Assembly (NCBI GenBank): GCA_965218435.1
Contig: CBDCKW010000009.1
Location: 224,001-288,000, forward strand
Direction of reading: 5' to 3'
Length of the DNA stretch: 64,000 bases
From: Truepera sp.
GTDB taxonomy: Bacteria; Deinococcota; Deinococci; Deinococcales; Trueperaceae
The notes beneath the pieces are model-generated. The model was not told where the DNA came from. It was given only the letters and a program-made list of their open reading frames with translations, and made no database searches. This document shows positions 30,482-37,336 of this stretch, in pieces. Position 1 is the stretch's first letter; each line of letters starts with the position of its first letter. The position numbers and the translations under genes are program-made.

Positions 30482-31087
30482 CTACAGCCCGCTGCACTGA
30501 CCTTCGTTGCTGCCGGTCACAACGTTTTCTTCACCTGTAGGGGTGGGGTTGTTCCCCTCACACTGCAGGTTGCCCGTCACCATGTTGGTACTGATATAAA
30601 CGTCGCCGGTATTTTGCGACACTTGCAGGTCGCCCCCGACGACTGTATCCGCGACACTTACACCGTCACTGTTACCGGTAAGCTGGACGCTACCCGCAAC
30701 CGTCCCGTTAGCGATGTCAACCGTGCTGCCCCCGGCGAGTTCGATATTGCCACCCACGACTGCGCTGTCTAAAGTAACGTCCGCTGCTCCCTGCCCCGTG
30801 ATATTGCCCTTGACTTCGATGCTTATCGCTTCTACCAAACTAGCGCCGGAGGCCAGCGTAAGGTCGCCCTCGATGGTCGTGCTGATTAAAGAACATTCTT
30901 TACCCGCTGGTATCTCGAGGCTCGGCAAAGTTTCCGCCCCGGAAGCGCAGTCTGCGATCTCAGGCGTCCCCGGGTCATCGGTACTTGGAGGAGGAGTCGG
31001 CGCGTTGCCGGTACTGACACAGCCCGCCAGCGTCATTAACAGCGCGGCTCCTGCGGCAAATTTAGTTAAACGTAAGCGTTCAAACAT
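30482..31087 (-). CDS. Lipoprotein with beta-helix-like repeats
   Basis: Lipobox LAGC; repeated V.G.(L/I).. units; terminal Cys residues. Confidence 0.8.
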   Translation of the reverse strand: MFERLRLTKFAAGAALLMTLAGCVSTGNAPTPPPSTDDPGTPEIADCASGAETLPSLEIPAGKECSLISTTIEGDLTLASGASLVEAISIEVKGNITGQGAADVTLDSAVVGGNIELAGGSTVDIANGTVAGSVQLTGNSDGVSVADTVVGGDLQVSQNTGDVYISTNMVTGNLQCEGNNPTPTGEENVVTGSNEGQCSGL

Positions 31088-31353
31088 GTTAAGCTCCTTT
31101 CAAACTGAGACGCTATCTGAAAACCAGAAAAGTTGTGCCAGACTTACTTTTCTCTTACTACCGCGCTTTTCTTAGCCTTCGTTTACTGAACCTGTTTTGG
31201 TAGGAATAACAAGGGTTTTCGGACAGGTTCCAAGGTAGACGCTACAACTAAGCACGATGAAAAGAAGTAAGAACTTGGTCACTACTTATCCGCAGATGAG
31301 TTTAGAAAGCGTGTATGTTTTTCGTAAACACCGGTTTAACCGCTACATAAAAG

Positions 31354-31383
31354 CCTCGAGCCCCAGGTAAAAGGGGCTCGAGG
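31354..31383 (-). terminator. Terminator hairpin with CTCGAG arms
   Basis: CCTCGAGCCCC-N8-GGGGCTCGAGG, followed by a T tract on the - strand, just past the stop at 31419. Confidence 0.75.
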
Positions 31384-31418
31384 AAACAAATCACCAACAT
31401 CAGCACGATACGGATAGT

Positions 31419-33182
31419 TTACGGCGCGGTGAAGTTGGCCACGACGTTTTTATCACTGTCCATCACCAGGACGCAGGTTGGCGAAGTACCAGCAGGACTA
31501 CACGCGCCGCCCCAGTTTACAAAGGCAGAGCCGTTTTTTGTTGCCGCTGTTAGCTCAACTTTGGTACCGGCGTCGTAGATGTTACAAGCAGTGCCACACT
31601 TTTTACCGGACGGTGACAGTCTGACGTTGCCGTACTTGCCGGTCTCGTTGCCCGGTTGCTCAATCTTAAGCGTAAAGGTGCTCGGCGACGGCGTTTCATC
31701 AACTGGAGCGACCGCTACACTTTTAGTCACCGAGGCGGTTGCCCCTTGATCGTCGGTTACCTTGAGCGTTACGTTATAAGTAGCGGCTGCCGAAAATGAC
31801 CTCGTAAACACCGGATTTCCGGTATTAACGACGGCCCCACCGTCTCCGAAACTAAACTCGTAACTGACAACTTTACCGTCAGAGTCTTTTGAACCACTGG
31901 CATCAAACTGTACCGCTAACGTGTCCGGTACCTGTTTGAAAGTAAAGTCCGCCGTAGGCGCTTTGTTACCGGGTGGTGTGGTACTACCGCTCACAGTCAC
32001 CATTACCGTTTTAGTCGCTGACGCTGAGCCGTTACTTGCTGTAAGGGTATAGGTCGTTGTCGCGGTTGGGCTAACAGACACACTCTTTTTACTTGTTACA
32101 TCGCCCACACTATTATCAATGCTGAGCTTAGTCACAGTACCGGAAGTGCTCCATGAAAGCGTGCTGCTCTGACCACTGATGATAGTTGACGGGTCAGCTT
32201 TGAATGAGTTGATTTTTGGTGCGGTCGGGCCTGGAGGTGTTACAGGCGGGTTGGGTGGGGTTGGGGGCGTCGGCGGGTTAGGCGGTGTTGGAGGATTTGG
32301 TGGAGTCGGCGGATTCGGATTGGTCGGCGGCGGTGTCGTCGAGCCCCCCACGGTGACATAGCCCCGTGGCGGCTGGTTATACGGGTCACCCCCAGCTGTA
32401 TCAGCAATCCGGGTCCGCAACACATACGCAAACTCACCACTGACACCCGGTAAAGCCGTGATGTTCGGCGTGCCCGCGGCAACCTTGATCGGATAAACAC
32501 ACGTGATCGAAGTCTGAGTCCCGTCTAGCGCACACCCGGTTGTCTCCGCATTTAACGTAAAGCCGTTGACATCGGTGTCTTGTACCAGGTCAGCCATGAA
32601 GTTTGCCGGACTACGGTTGGCTAAGTAGATGGTCACGCCGGTAACCGGGGCAGGGCCACTATAGGTAACTTGGGCGTAGAAGGTACCGCCGCTGGCAGGA
32701 ACGTTGACGATTCGGGGGTCACCTGCTGTGATGCTGCCGTCGGCGTCACTCGTAAAGGGGCCGGTTTGTGACAAGCTGACGCCGAAAGAGACCGTCCGGC
32801 TCCCGTCCGTTGGGGGCGTGACGGGACCGCCGACGGTTACGGTGGTCATCGCGTCGTCGCTGCCGCTGCTGTTGGTGGCCGTCAGGGTGTAGGTTGTCGT
32901 GGCGGTCGGGGTCACGGTGGTGCTCACACCACTGATCGAACTGAGGTTGGTGCCGTCGCTGCCCTTTAGGCTGAGGCTGGTGGGGACGCCGGTAATGACC
33001 CAGTTAAGCGTGACCGGGGTACCGGCAGCGACGTTGGTTTGACTGGCGGTAAAGCTGGTGATTTGTGGTGCGCTGCTGTTATTACCGTCGCCTGAAACGC
33101 CCGGACAGGCCGTCAGCAAAAGCGCCAAGCCGCCCAAAAAAAGAGGCCAAAAGCGCCGGAGCGCCGGTTGTAAAGAGTGCAT
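31419..33182 (-). CDS. Modular surface lipoprotein A (Ig-like, core domain, Pro-rich linker, Ig-like, PKD, InlB-B-repeat-like tip)
   Basis: Lipobox LTAC; PKD signature NKAPTADF..FDASGSKDSDG..FGDG..VTLKVTDDQG; C-terminal VELTA..FVNWGGAC..C.LVMDSDKNVVANF. Confidence 0.88.
   Translation of the reverse strand: MHSLQPALRRFWPLFLGGLALLLTACPGVSGDGNNSSAPQITSFTASQTNVAAGTPVTLNWVITGVPTSLSLKGSDGTNLSSISGVSTTVTPTATTTYTLTATNSSGSDDAMTTVTVGGPVTPPTDGSRTVSFGVSLSQTGPFTSDADGSITAGDPRIVNVPASGGTFYAQVTYSGPAPVTGVTIYLANRSPANFMADLVQDTDVNGFTLNAETTGCALDGTQTSITCVYPIKVAAGTPNITALPGVSGEFAYVLRTRIADTAGGDPYNQPPRGYVTVGGSTTPPPTNPNPPTPPNPPTPPNPPTPPTPPNPPVTPPGPTAPKINSFKADPSTIISGQSSTLSWSTSGTVTKLSIDNSVGDVTSKKSVSVSPTATTTYTLTASNGSASATKTVMVTVSGSTTPPGNKAPTADFTFKQVPDTLAVQFDASGSKDSDGKVVSYEFSFGDGGAVVNTGNPVFTRSFSAAATYNVTLKVTDDQGATASVTKSVAVAPVDETPSPSTFTLKIEQPGNETGKYGNVRLSPSGKKCGTACNIYDAGTKVELTAATKNGSAFVNWGGACSPAGTSPTCVLVMDSDKNVVANFTAP
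32332..33087. repeat. Direct repeat copy 1 (756 bp)
   Basis: Matches 38292-39047 at offset 5960; only one substitution noticed by eye. Confidence 0.95.
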
Positions 33183-33385
33183 AGTTATCTCCTCCAAACT
33201 AGCTGTGGTGTCCCCGTACACGCCTCACCCAATTAACGAAACCGTGTACTTCAGGGTCGGGCGTTATTATTTTAGACCTATCTTGGTAGCTGGCGTCAAG
33301 GTTTAGAGCGTTTTACGGCGAAACTTTACGGCGAATGGCAGGGTATAGCGAGGGCGGCTCGAGCCCCACCGACCGCACCCAGATG

Positions 33386-33615
33386 TTACGCCGCGTGCAA
33401 CAGCGTACTCAAAGCTTCAGGCAGGTTAGCCGCGACAAAACAGCTTTCAGGGTAGAGCTAAGCTTCGCCGGATTCGTCCGTAATTCGCAAAAACCCGATG
33501 TTTGGGCCTCATCGTCCGGTAAAACGCGGTAAAGCTTGTGCAGCTCGAGCAGAACCTCAAAGCCTATATAAACGCATACAGCGAAGCGTGGTTCGGTCGC
33601 CGCTAAACGACTCAT
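33386..33615 (-). pseudogene. Decayed paralog of the 34649-34885 gene
   Basis: PRFAVCV..LELHKLYRVLPDD, then a frameshift to RITDESGEA*LYPESCFVAANLPEAL..LLHAA*. Confidence 0.85.
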
Positions 33616-33646
33616 AGTTGGGGAGAGCCTAACACAAGTGTTTCAG

Positions 33647-33689
33647 AACCCTCGAGCCGCCCCCAAAGCCGCTGTAAAAAAGCTCGAGC
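33647..33689. repeat. Paired-CTCGAG junction site A
   Basis: AACC CTCGAG CCGCCCCCAAAGCCGCTGTAAAAAAG CTCGAG C (26-bp spacer). Confidence 0.85.
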
Positions 33690-33721
33690 TGTGGGAAGCT
33701 ATAGGTCAACACCCGAGGTTT

Positions 33722-33937
33722 TTACGCCAAAAAGTCGTACACCGGCGTCTGCAACATCCTTTTTGGTTCTCTCTGACCCCACGCCATACGCTGAAGCTTT
33801 TCGACCGTCTCCGGCGCAAAAAGCTGCTCACCTGTTTGAAGACTTACTCTGGCAGGTACATTTTCAATGATGACGAGTTTTCCCTGCACCTCGAGGGTGT
33901 AGGTCACGGTGCGCTCTACGAATTCTTCAGGTATCAC
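33722..33937 (-). CDS. YgiT-type zinc-finger family small protein (Cys-less variant), putative antitoxin
   Basis: VTYTLE..GKLVIIENVPARV...TGEQLF..ETVEKLQ; GTG start after GGAGG, overlapping the upstream gene. Confidence 0.82.
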   Translation of the reverse strand: MIPEEFVERTVTYTLEVQGKLVIIENVPARVSLQTGEQLFAPETVEKLQRMAWGQREPKRMLQTPVYDFLA

Positions 33938-34256
33938 CTTTTTGCCTCCTCTCTCTAAAGTTAAACCATAATGTCGGGTCAGGTTCGTAAAGTGTAACGA
34001 TTTTAATAAGCGCACGTGACGGGTAGCTACACTGAATGTGAAGAGGTCGCTGAGAGTCAGTAAAACCTAACAGTAGGCAACTTGGGCCGTACTTATCATA
34101 CGGGTAGTCTTCGATGATCTCAGCTTCGAGTAGGGCTTCACGCAGCTCTGCAAACGTAATGCGGCGTAAAATGCTCTGGTCAACGGCGTGACGCGAGAAC
34201 TCGTACTCACCTAAAGCAATTTTTGTGCAGATTTCGTCAGCGAGGGCCACCTGCAA
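33927..34256 (-). CDS. DUF4258-family protein, putative toxin
   Basis: FSRHA, IIEDYPYDKYGPSCLLLG, RPLHI, IVTLYEPDP..W. Confidence 0.88.
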   Translation of the reverse strand: MQVALADEICTKIALGEYEFSRHAVDQSILRRITFAELREALLEAEIIEDYPYDKYGPSCLLLGFTDSQRPLHIQCSYPSRALIKIVTLYEPDPTLWFNFRERRQKGDT

Positions 34257-34339
34257 GAGTTTAACCGTTTACCTACTGCTGTTTTACGTGTCTTAAGAGC
34301 AACGACAAAATCTTCTCGAGTCCCAAGGAGGGCTTAAAC

Positions 34340-34594
34340 TTAAGAAACAGCTTTATGCGCTTCGGCGTAAAGTTTTAAGGCTGCGTTGACCCGCGTTTCG
34401 TAATCCTCTTGCGCTTGAAACCAAGCCAGCACCCTCGAGTCTATTTCGAGTGTCACGGCTGTTCGGCGTTCGGGTAAACGCAACTCGGCCCGTCTGAAAA
34501 AATTTTCGTCAAGCAGACCCTCGCTGGTGTCAATCTCAGCGTCGGTCAGGGCGTCTACCTTAGCCCAATCGGTCTTTGACGGGTTCTCTTTCAC
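34340..34594 (-). CDS. BrnA-family antitoxin (orphan)
   Basis: TDWAKVDALTDAEID, VTLEIDSRVLAWF, YETRVNAAL. Confidence 0.88.
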   Translation of the reverse strand: MKENPSKTDWAKVDALTDAEIDTSEGLLDENFFRRAELRLPERRTAVTLEIDSRVLAWFQAQEDYETRVNAALKLYAEAHKAVS

Positions 34595-34648
34595 AGCCTC
34601 AACAAGTTTGCGCTCATGGCTTACGGCCTTTTGTAAGTGAGGTTGCGT

Positions 34649-34885
34649 CTAAGCCGCGTGCAGCAGCATATCTCTTAATGCTTCAGGTAAGTCTATCGCG
34701 ACAAAGTAAGCTTTGGGATAAAGGTAATCTTCACCGGATTCGTCTAGCACACGCAGAAACCCGACCTTTTCGGCGGCGTCATCGGTTAAAACGCGGTAAA
34801 TTTTGTGCAACTCGAGCGAAACCTCATAGTCTGTATTTTGAATACACACAACAAATCGTGGGTCGGTTGCTCTTAATTCGTCCAT
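34649..34885 (-). CDS. Small acidic hypothetical protein, putative antitoxin/immunity partner
   Basis: LRVLDESGEDYLYP; 10 bp downstream of its partner; has a paralogous pseudogene. Confidence 0.8.
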   Translation of the reverse strand: MDELRATDPRFVVCIQNTDYEVSLELHKIYRVLTDDAAEKVGFLRVLDESGEDYLYPKAYFVAIDLPEALRDMLLHAA

Positions 34886-34895
34886 ACCTATCAGC

Positions 34896-35129
34896 TTAGT
34901 CCAAAAAGCGTTTAATCTTAAATTCTTTGCGACCGATTCCGTTAGCTTCGTACCAGTGAAGCTCTACCCTTCGTAGTGTGTCACCGGCCAGCGAAACGAC
35001 AGCCACACCTTTGAGTTTACGCCAACGACCGGGGCCGTATATTTTTTGTAGGCGAGCCAATTCACGGATACCGTTTCCAGCTGCGATAGTTTCTATTTCG
35101 GTGATGGTACCGATAATTTCAAAGTGCAT
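34896..35129 (-). CDS. Small basic hypothetical protein, putative toxin
   Basis: GRWRKLKG, ELHWYEANGIGRKEFKIK; leaderless-type -10 TAGGCT upstream. Confidence 0.78.
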   Translation of the reverse strand: MHFEIIGTITEIETIAAGNGIRELARLQKIYGPGRWRKLKGVAVVSLAGDTLRRVELHWYEANGIGRKEFKIKRFLD

Positions 35130-35160
35130 CGCTTGGGAAAGCCTAGCACAAGCATTTTAG

Positions 35161-35199
35161 AACCCTCGAGCCCATTAGAGTAGCCAGAAAAGCTCGAGC
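35161..35199. repeat. Paired-CTCGAG junction site B, between divergent promoters
   Basis: AACC CTCGAG CCCATTAGAGTAGCCAGAAAAG CTCGAG C (22-bp spacer). Confidence 0.8.
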
Positions 35200-35217
35200 G
35201 TCCGCTATACTGACGTC

Positions 35218-35469
35218 ATGATGACCCAAGACGCTGAGCTGCTCGAGCGCATCACCCTCATTCCAGAGTTGATGGGCGGTAAACCAACCGTCCGGGGGTT
35301 GCGAATTACTGTAGAGCAGCTTCTTTCGGCTCTTGCCCACGGGGTCAGCGAAGCCGACCTGCTAGACGATTACCCGGAGCTGAGCCGCGACGACATTGCC
35401 GCCGCTCTCCTCTACGCAGGTACGCTCGTGGCTGAAGAACGCGTCATTCCTATTACCGACGCGGCCTAA
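35218..35469 (+). CDS. DUF433-family antitoxin
   Basis: RITLIPELMGGKPTVRGLRITV..LL..DYPELSRDDI.AAL.YA. Confidence 0.93.
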   Translation: MMTQDAELLERITLIPELMGGKPTVRGLRITVEQLLSALAHGVSEADLLDDYPELSRDDIAAALLYAGTLVAEERVIPITDAA

Positions 35470-35478
35470 AGCATTTTT

Positions 35479-35826
35479 ATGAAATTCTTGTTCGACGTCG
35501 GTGTCGGACGAAAAGCCGAGCAGTTTTTAGCAGCGCAAGGCCACGACGTTCAAGCTGTCCGTGACCTCGACCCAAGGTTGCCTGACAGCGATATTCTTGA
35601 TATTGCCGTCTCTGAAATGCGACTCGTCGTGACGATGGATAAGGATTTTGGTGAACTGGTCTACCGCTCGAGGCGCGCCCACGCCGGGGTGTTGTTATTA
35701 CGCCTAGAGGCTGCGACAGGTGACGAAAAGGTAGCCATAATCAAGACCCTTATCGAAAACTACGCGGGCGACATAGCCGGTCGGTTTGCGGTTTATCAAA
35801 ACGGCAAGTTAAGGATTAGACGGTGA
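35479..35826 (+). CDS. DUF5615-family PIN-like toxin
   Basis: MKFLFD, D.DIL, RLVVTMDKDFGELV, GVLLLRL. Confidence 0.92.
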   Translation: MKFLFDVGVGRKAEQFLAAQGHDVQAVRDLDPRLPDSDILDIAVSEMRLVVTMDKDFGELVYRSRRAHAGVLLLRLEAATGDEKVAIIKTLIENYAGDIAGRFAVYQNGKLRIRR

Positions 35827-35834
35827 ATGAAGCA

Positions 35835-35875
35835 AACCCTCGAGCCCACCCAAGTCCCCCTAAAAAAGCTCGAGC
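35835..35875. repeat. Paired-CTCGAG junction site C, between convergent genes
   Basis: AACC CTCGAG CCCACCCAAGTCCCCCTAAAAAAG CTCGAG C (24-bp spacer). Confidence 0.85.
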
Positions 35876-36270
35876 TACAGCTGTTCCAGCTTCTCAGCCA
35901 ATATGCCTACAACGTCAGCTTTACTTAAACGCCCTTCCGCGACCCCTAAAACCAAGTCAAACTTTTCATCTTGAGAGAGCCCGAGGCGAAGGCCGTTTAA
36001 CCGTAAAAAAGTAGCTGTTACCGCGTAAGCCGTACGTTTGTTGCCGTCTATAAAGGGATGATTCCGAACCAAGCCGATGAGATAGCTCGCGGCCATTTCA
36101 GCAAAACCCGTATTCAAACGTTGTCCGCCAAAACTCGCCTGGGGTGAAGCTAGCGCAGACCCCAACAGCCCCATGTCCCGAAGGCCGAACGACCCGCCGA
36201 AACGTTCGATGAGCGTGTCATGGATTTGTAACACGGTCGGCAAGGTTAGAAAGACGGGTTCTTCAGGCGT
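35875..36270 (-). CDS. Doc/Fic-family toxin; the expected start codon reads ACG
   Basis: NHPFIDGNKRTA Fic motif; GLRDMGLLGSAL..P; first in-frame TTG is at 36243. Confidence 0.85.
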   Translation of the reverse strand, partial: TPEEPVFLTLPTVLQIHDTLIERFGGSFGLRDMGLLGSALASPQASFGGQRLNTGFAEMAASYLIGLVRNHPFIDGNKRTAYAVTATFLRLNGLRLGLSQDEKFDLVLGVAEGRLSKADVVGILAEKLEQL

Positions 36271-36493
36271 TGGAAAGTCGCCCCAACACCGTTTCGTCTT
36301 CTGCCAAGACCGCCCCGAACGCCATTGCCGCCCGCACTTCACCCTTTTCCAAACCGGGCGCGTGAAGCGTCAGCACCTTGCCCAGCAGCTGCACCTCGAC
36401 CTCTCCACCTGAAGGGACGCCCAACAGCTCGAGCGTCTCCTTACCTAAAATGATGGCTTGAGAGTTCCCTACTTTGGTCAGCTTTTTGCGCAT
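36263..36493 (-). CDS. AbrB/MazE-family antitoxin
   Basis: KLTKVGNSQAIIL; GGAGG RBS; overlaps the doc gene. Confidence 0.9.
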   Translation of the reverse strand: MRKKLTKVGNSQAIILGKETLELLGVPSGGEVEVQLLGKVLTLHAPGLEKGEVRAAMAFGAVLAEDETVLGRLSNA

Positions 36494-36568
36494 TACGGCC
36501 TCCTGTTAAGACGATGTTATAACGGCTGATGGGTAAAAGAAAGCTCGAGCATCCCCTATAATGACGCC

Positions 36569-36796
36569 ATGACTCAGCTCATCCTCAAATTAGATGAAGA
36601 AACAGTCTCAAAAGTACAAGAAGCTGCCGAACGCGAAGGGTTGACACGTGACGAATGGCTTGTGAAGCTTGTTGAAGAGCGACTGAGTAAAAGCTGGCCC
36701 GCTTCAGTCAGGCAACTTAGTGGCGCTTGGCCCGACTTTCCCGACGCGGAAACGTTGCGGGAGCATCACCAAGACGTACCCCGCGAAACGTTTTAG
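36569..36796 (+). CDS. Ribbon-helix-helix-type (VapB-like) antitoxin
   Basis: MTQLILKLDEE..AAEREG..WP..VRQLSGAWPDFP; leaderless TATAAT-N6-ATG; stop overlaps the vapC GTG. Confidence 0.82.
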   Translation: MTQLILKLDEETVSKVQEAAEREGLTRDEWLVKLVEERLSKSWPASVRQLSGAWPDFPDAETLREHHQDVPRETF

Positions 36797-37195
36797 TGTT
36801 CGCGCTTGATACAAACACGGTTATCTACTATTTCAAAGGTTTAGGCGGCGTTTCCGACCGTTTACTTGCCACCCTACCGCGAGAGGTCGCTATACCCGGC
36901 ATCGTTGTCTATGAGCTGGAGCGTGGCGTCCTGAAAGCAGGATCGTCCAAAAAACGAGAACAACTTGCTCTATTTTTGCTTTTACCATTTTGCCTTTTGG
37001 ACGCACCGAAGGAGCAGCAGCGGCACAATTAGTGGCGAGCTCGAGGCGTGTGGTCTACCTATCGGCCCCTTAGACGTCCTTATTGCAGGCACAGCTCTAG
37101 CGCATGGCGCAACCCTGGTAACCCGCAATCTTAGAGAGTTCAGCCGGGTTGAAGGTTTGAAAGTTATAAGTTGGTACGACGAGAGTAACCCTTGA
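36796..37195 (+). pseudogene. VapC PIN-domain toxin split by two frameshifts
   Basis: LDTNTVIY..VVYELERG in one frame, TILPFG in a second, PIGPLDVLIAGTALAHGATLVTRNLREFSRV in a third. Confidence 0.88.
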
Positions 37196-37207
37196 TAGCT
37201 GGTGCAA

Positions 37208-37249
37208 AACCCTCGAGTCTCCCCAAAGCCGCCGTAAAAAAGCTCGAGC
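37208..37249. repeat. Paired-CTCGAG junction site D
   Basis: AACC CTCGAG TCTCCCCAAAGCCGCCGTAAAAAAG CTCGAG C (25-bp spacer); nearly identical to site A. Confidence 0.85.
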
Positions 37250-37273
37250 CCCCGCTTTAGGAGGGCTCGAGCT
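37241..37273 (-). terminator. Terminator hairpin of lipoprotein B, sharing a CTCGAG with site D
   Basis: AGCTCGAGCCC-N11-GGGCTCGAGCT with an A tract on the + strand. Confidence 0.7.
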
Positions 37274-37336
37274 GAATAAGAGAAGTAGTTAGAGTTCGAC
37301 TGACTCACAACCTACTTGTGTACGGAATAACGTTGT

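Noticed and set aside
33647..37249. Junction sites as CRISPR repeats or integron attC sites
   Set aside because: They are separated by whole genes at irregular distances; there are no cas or intI genes and no RYYYAAC/GTTRRRY ends
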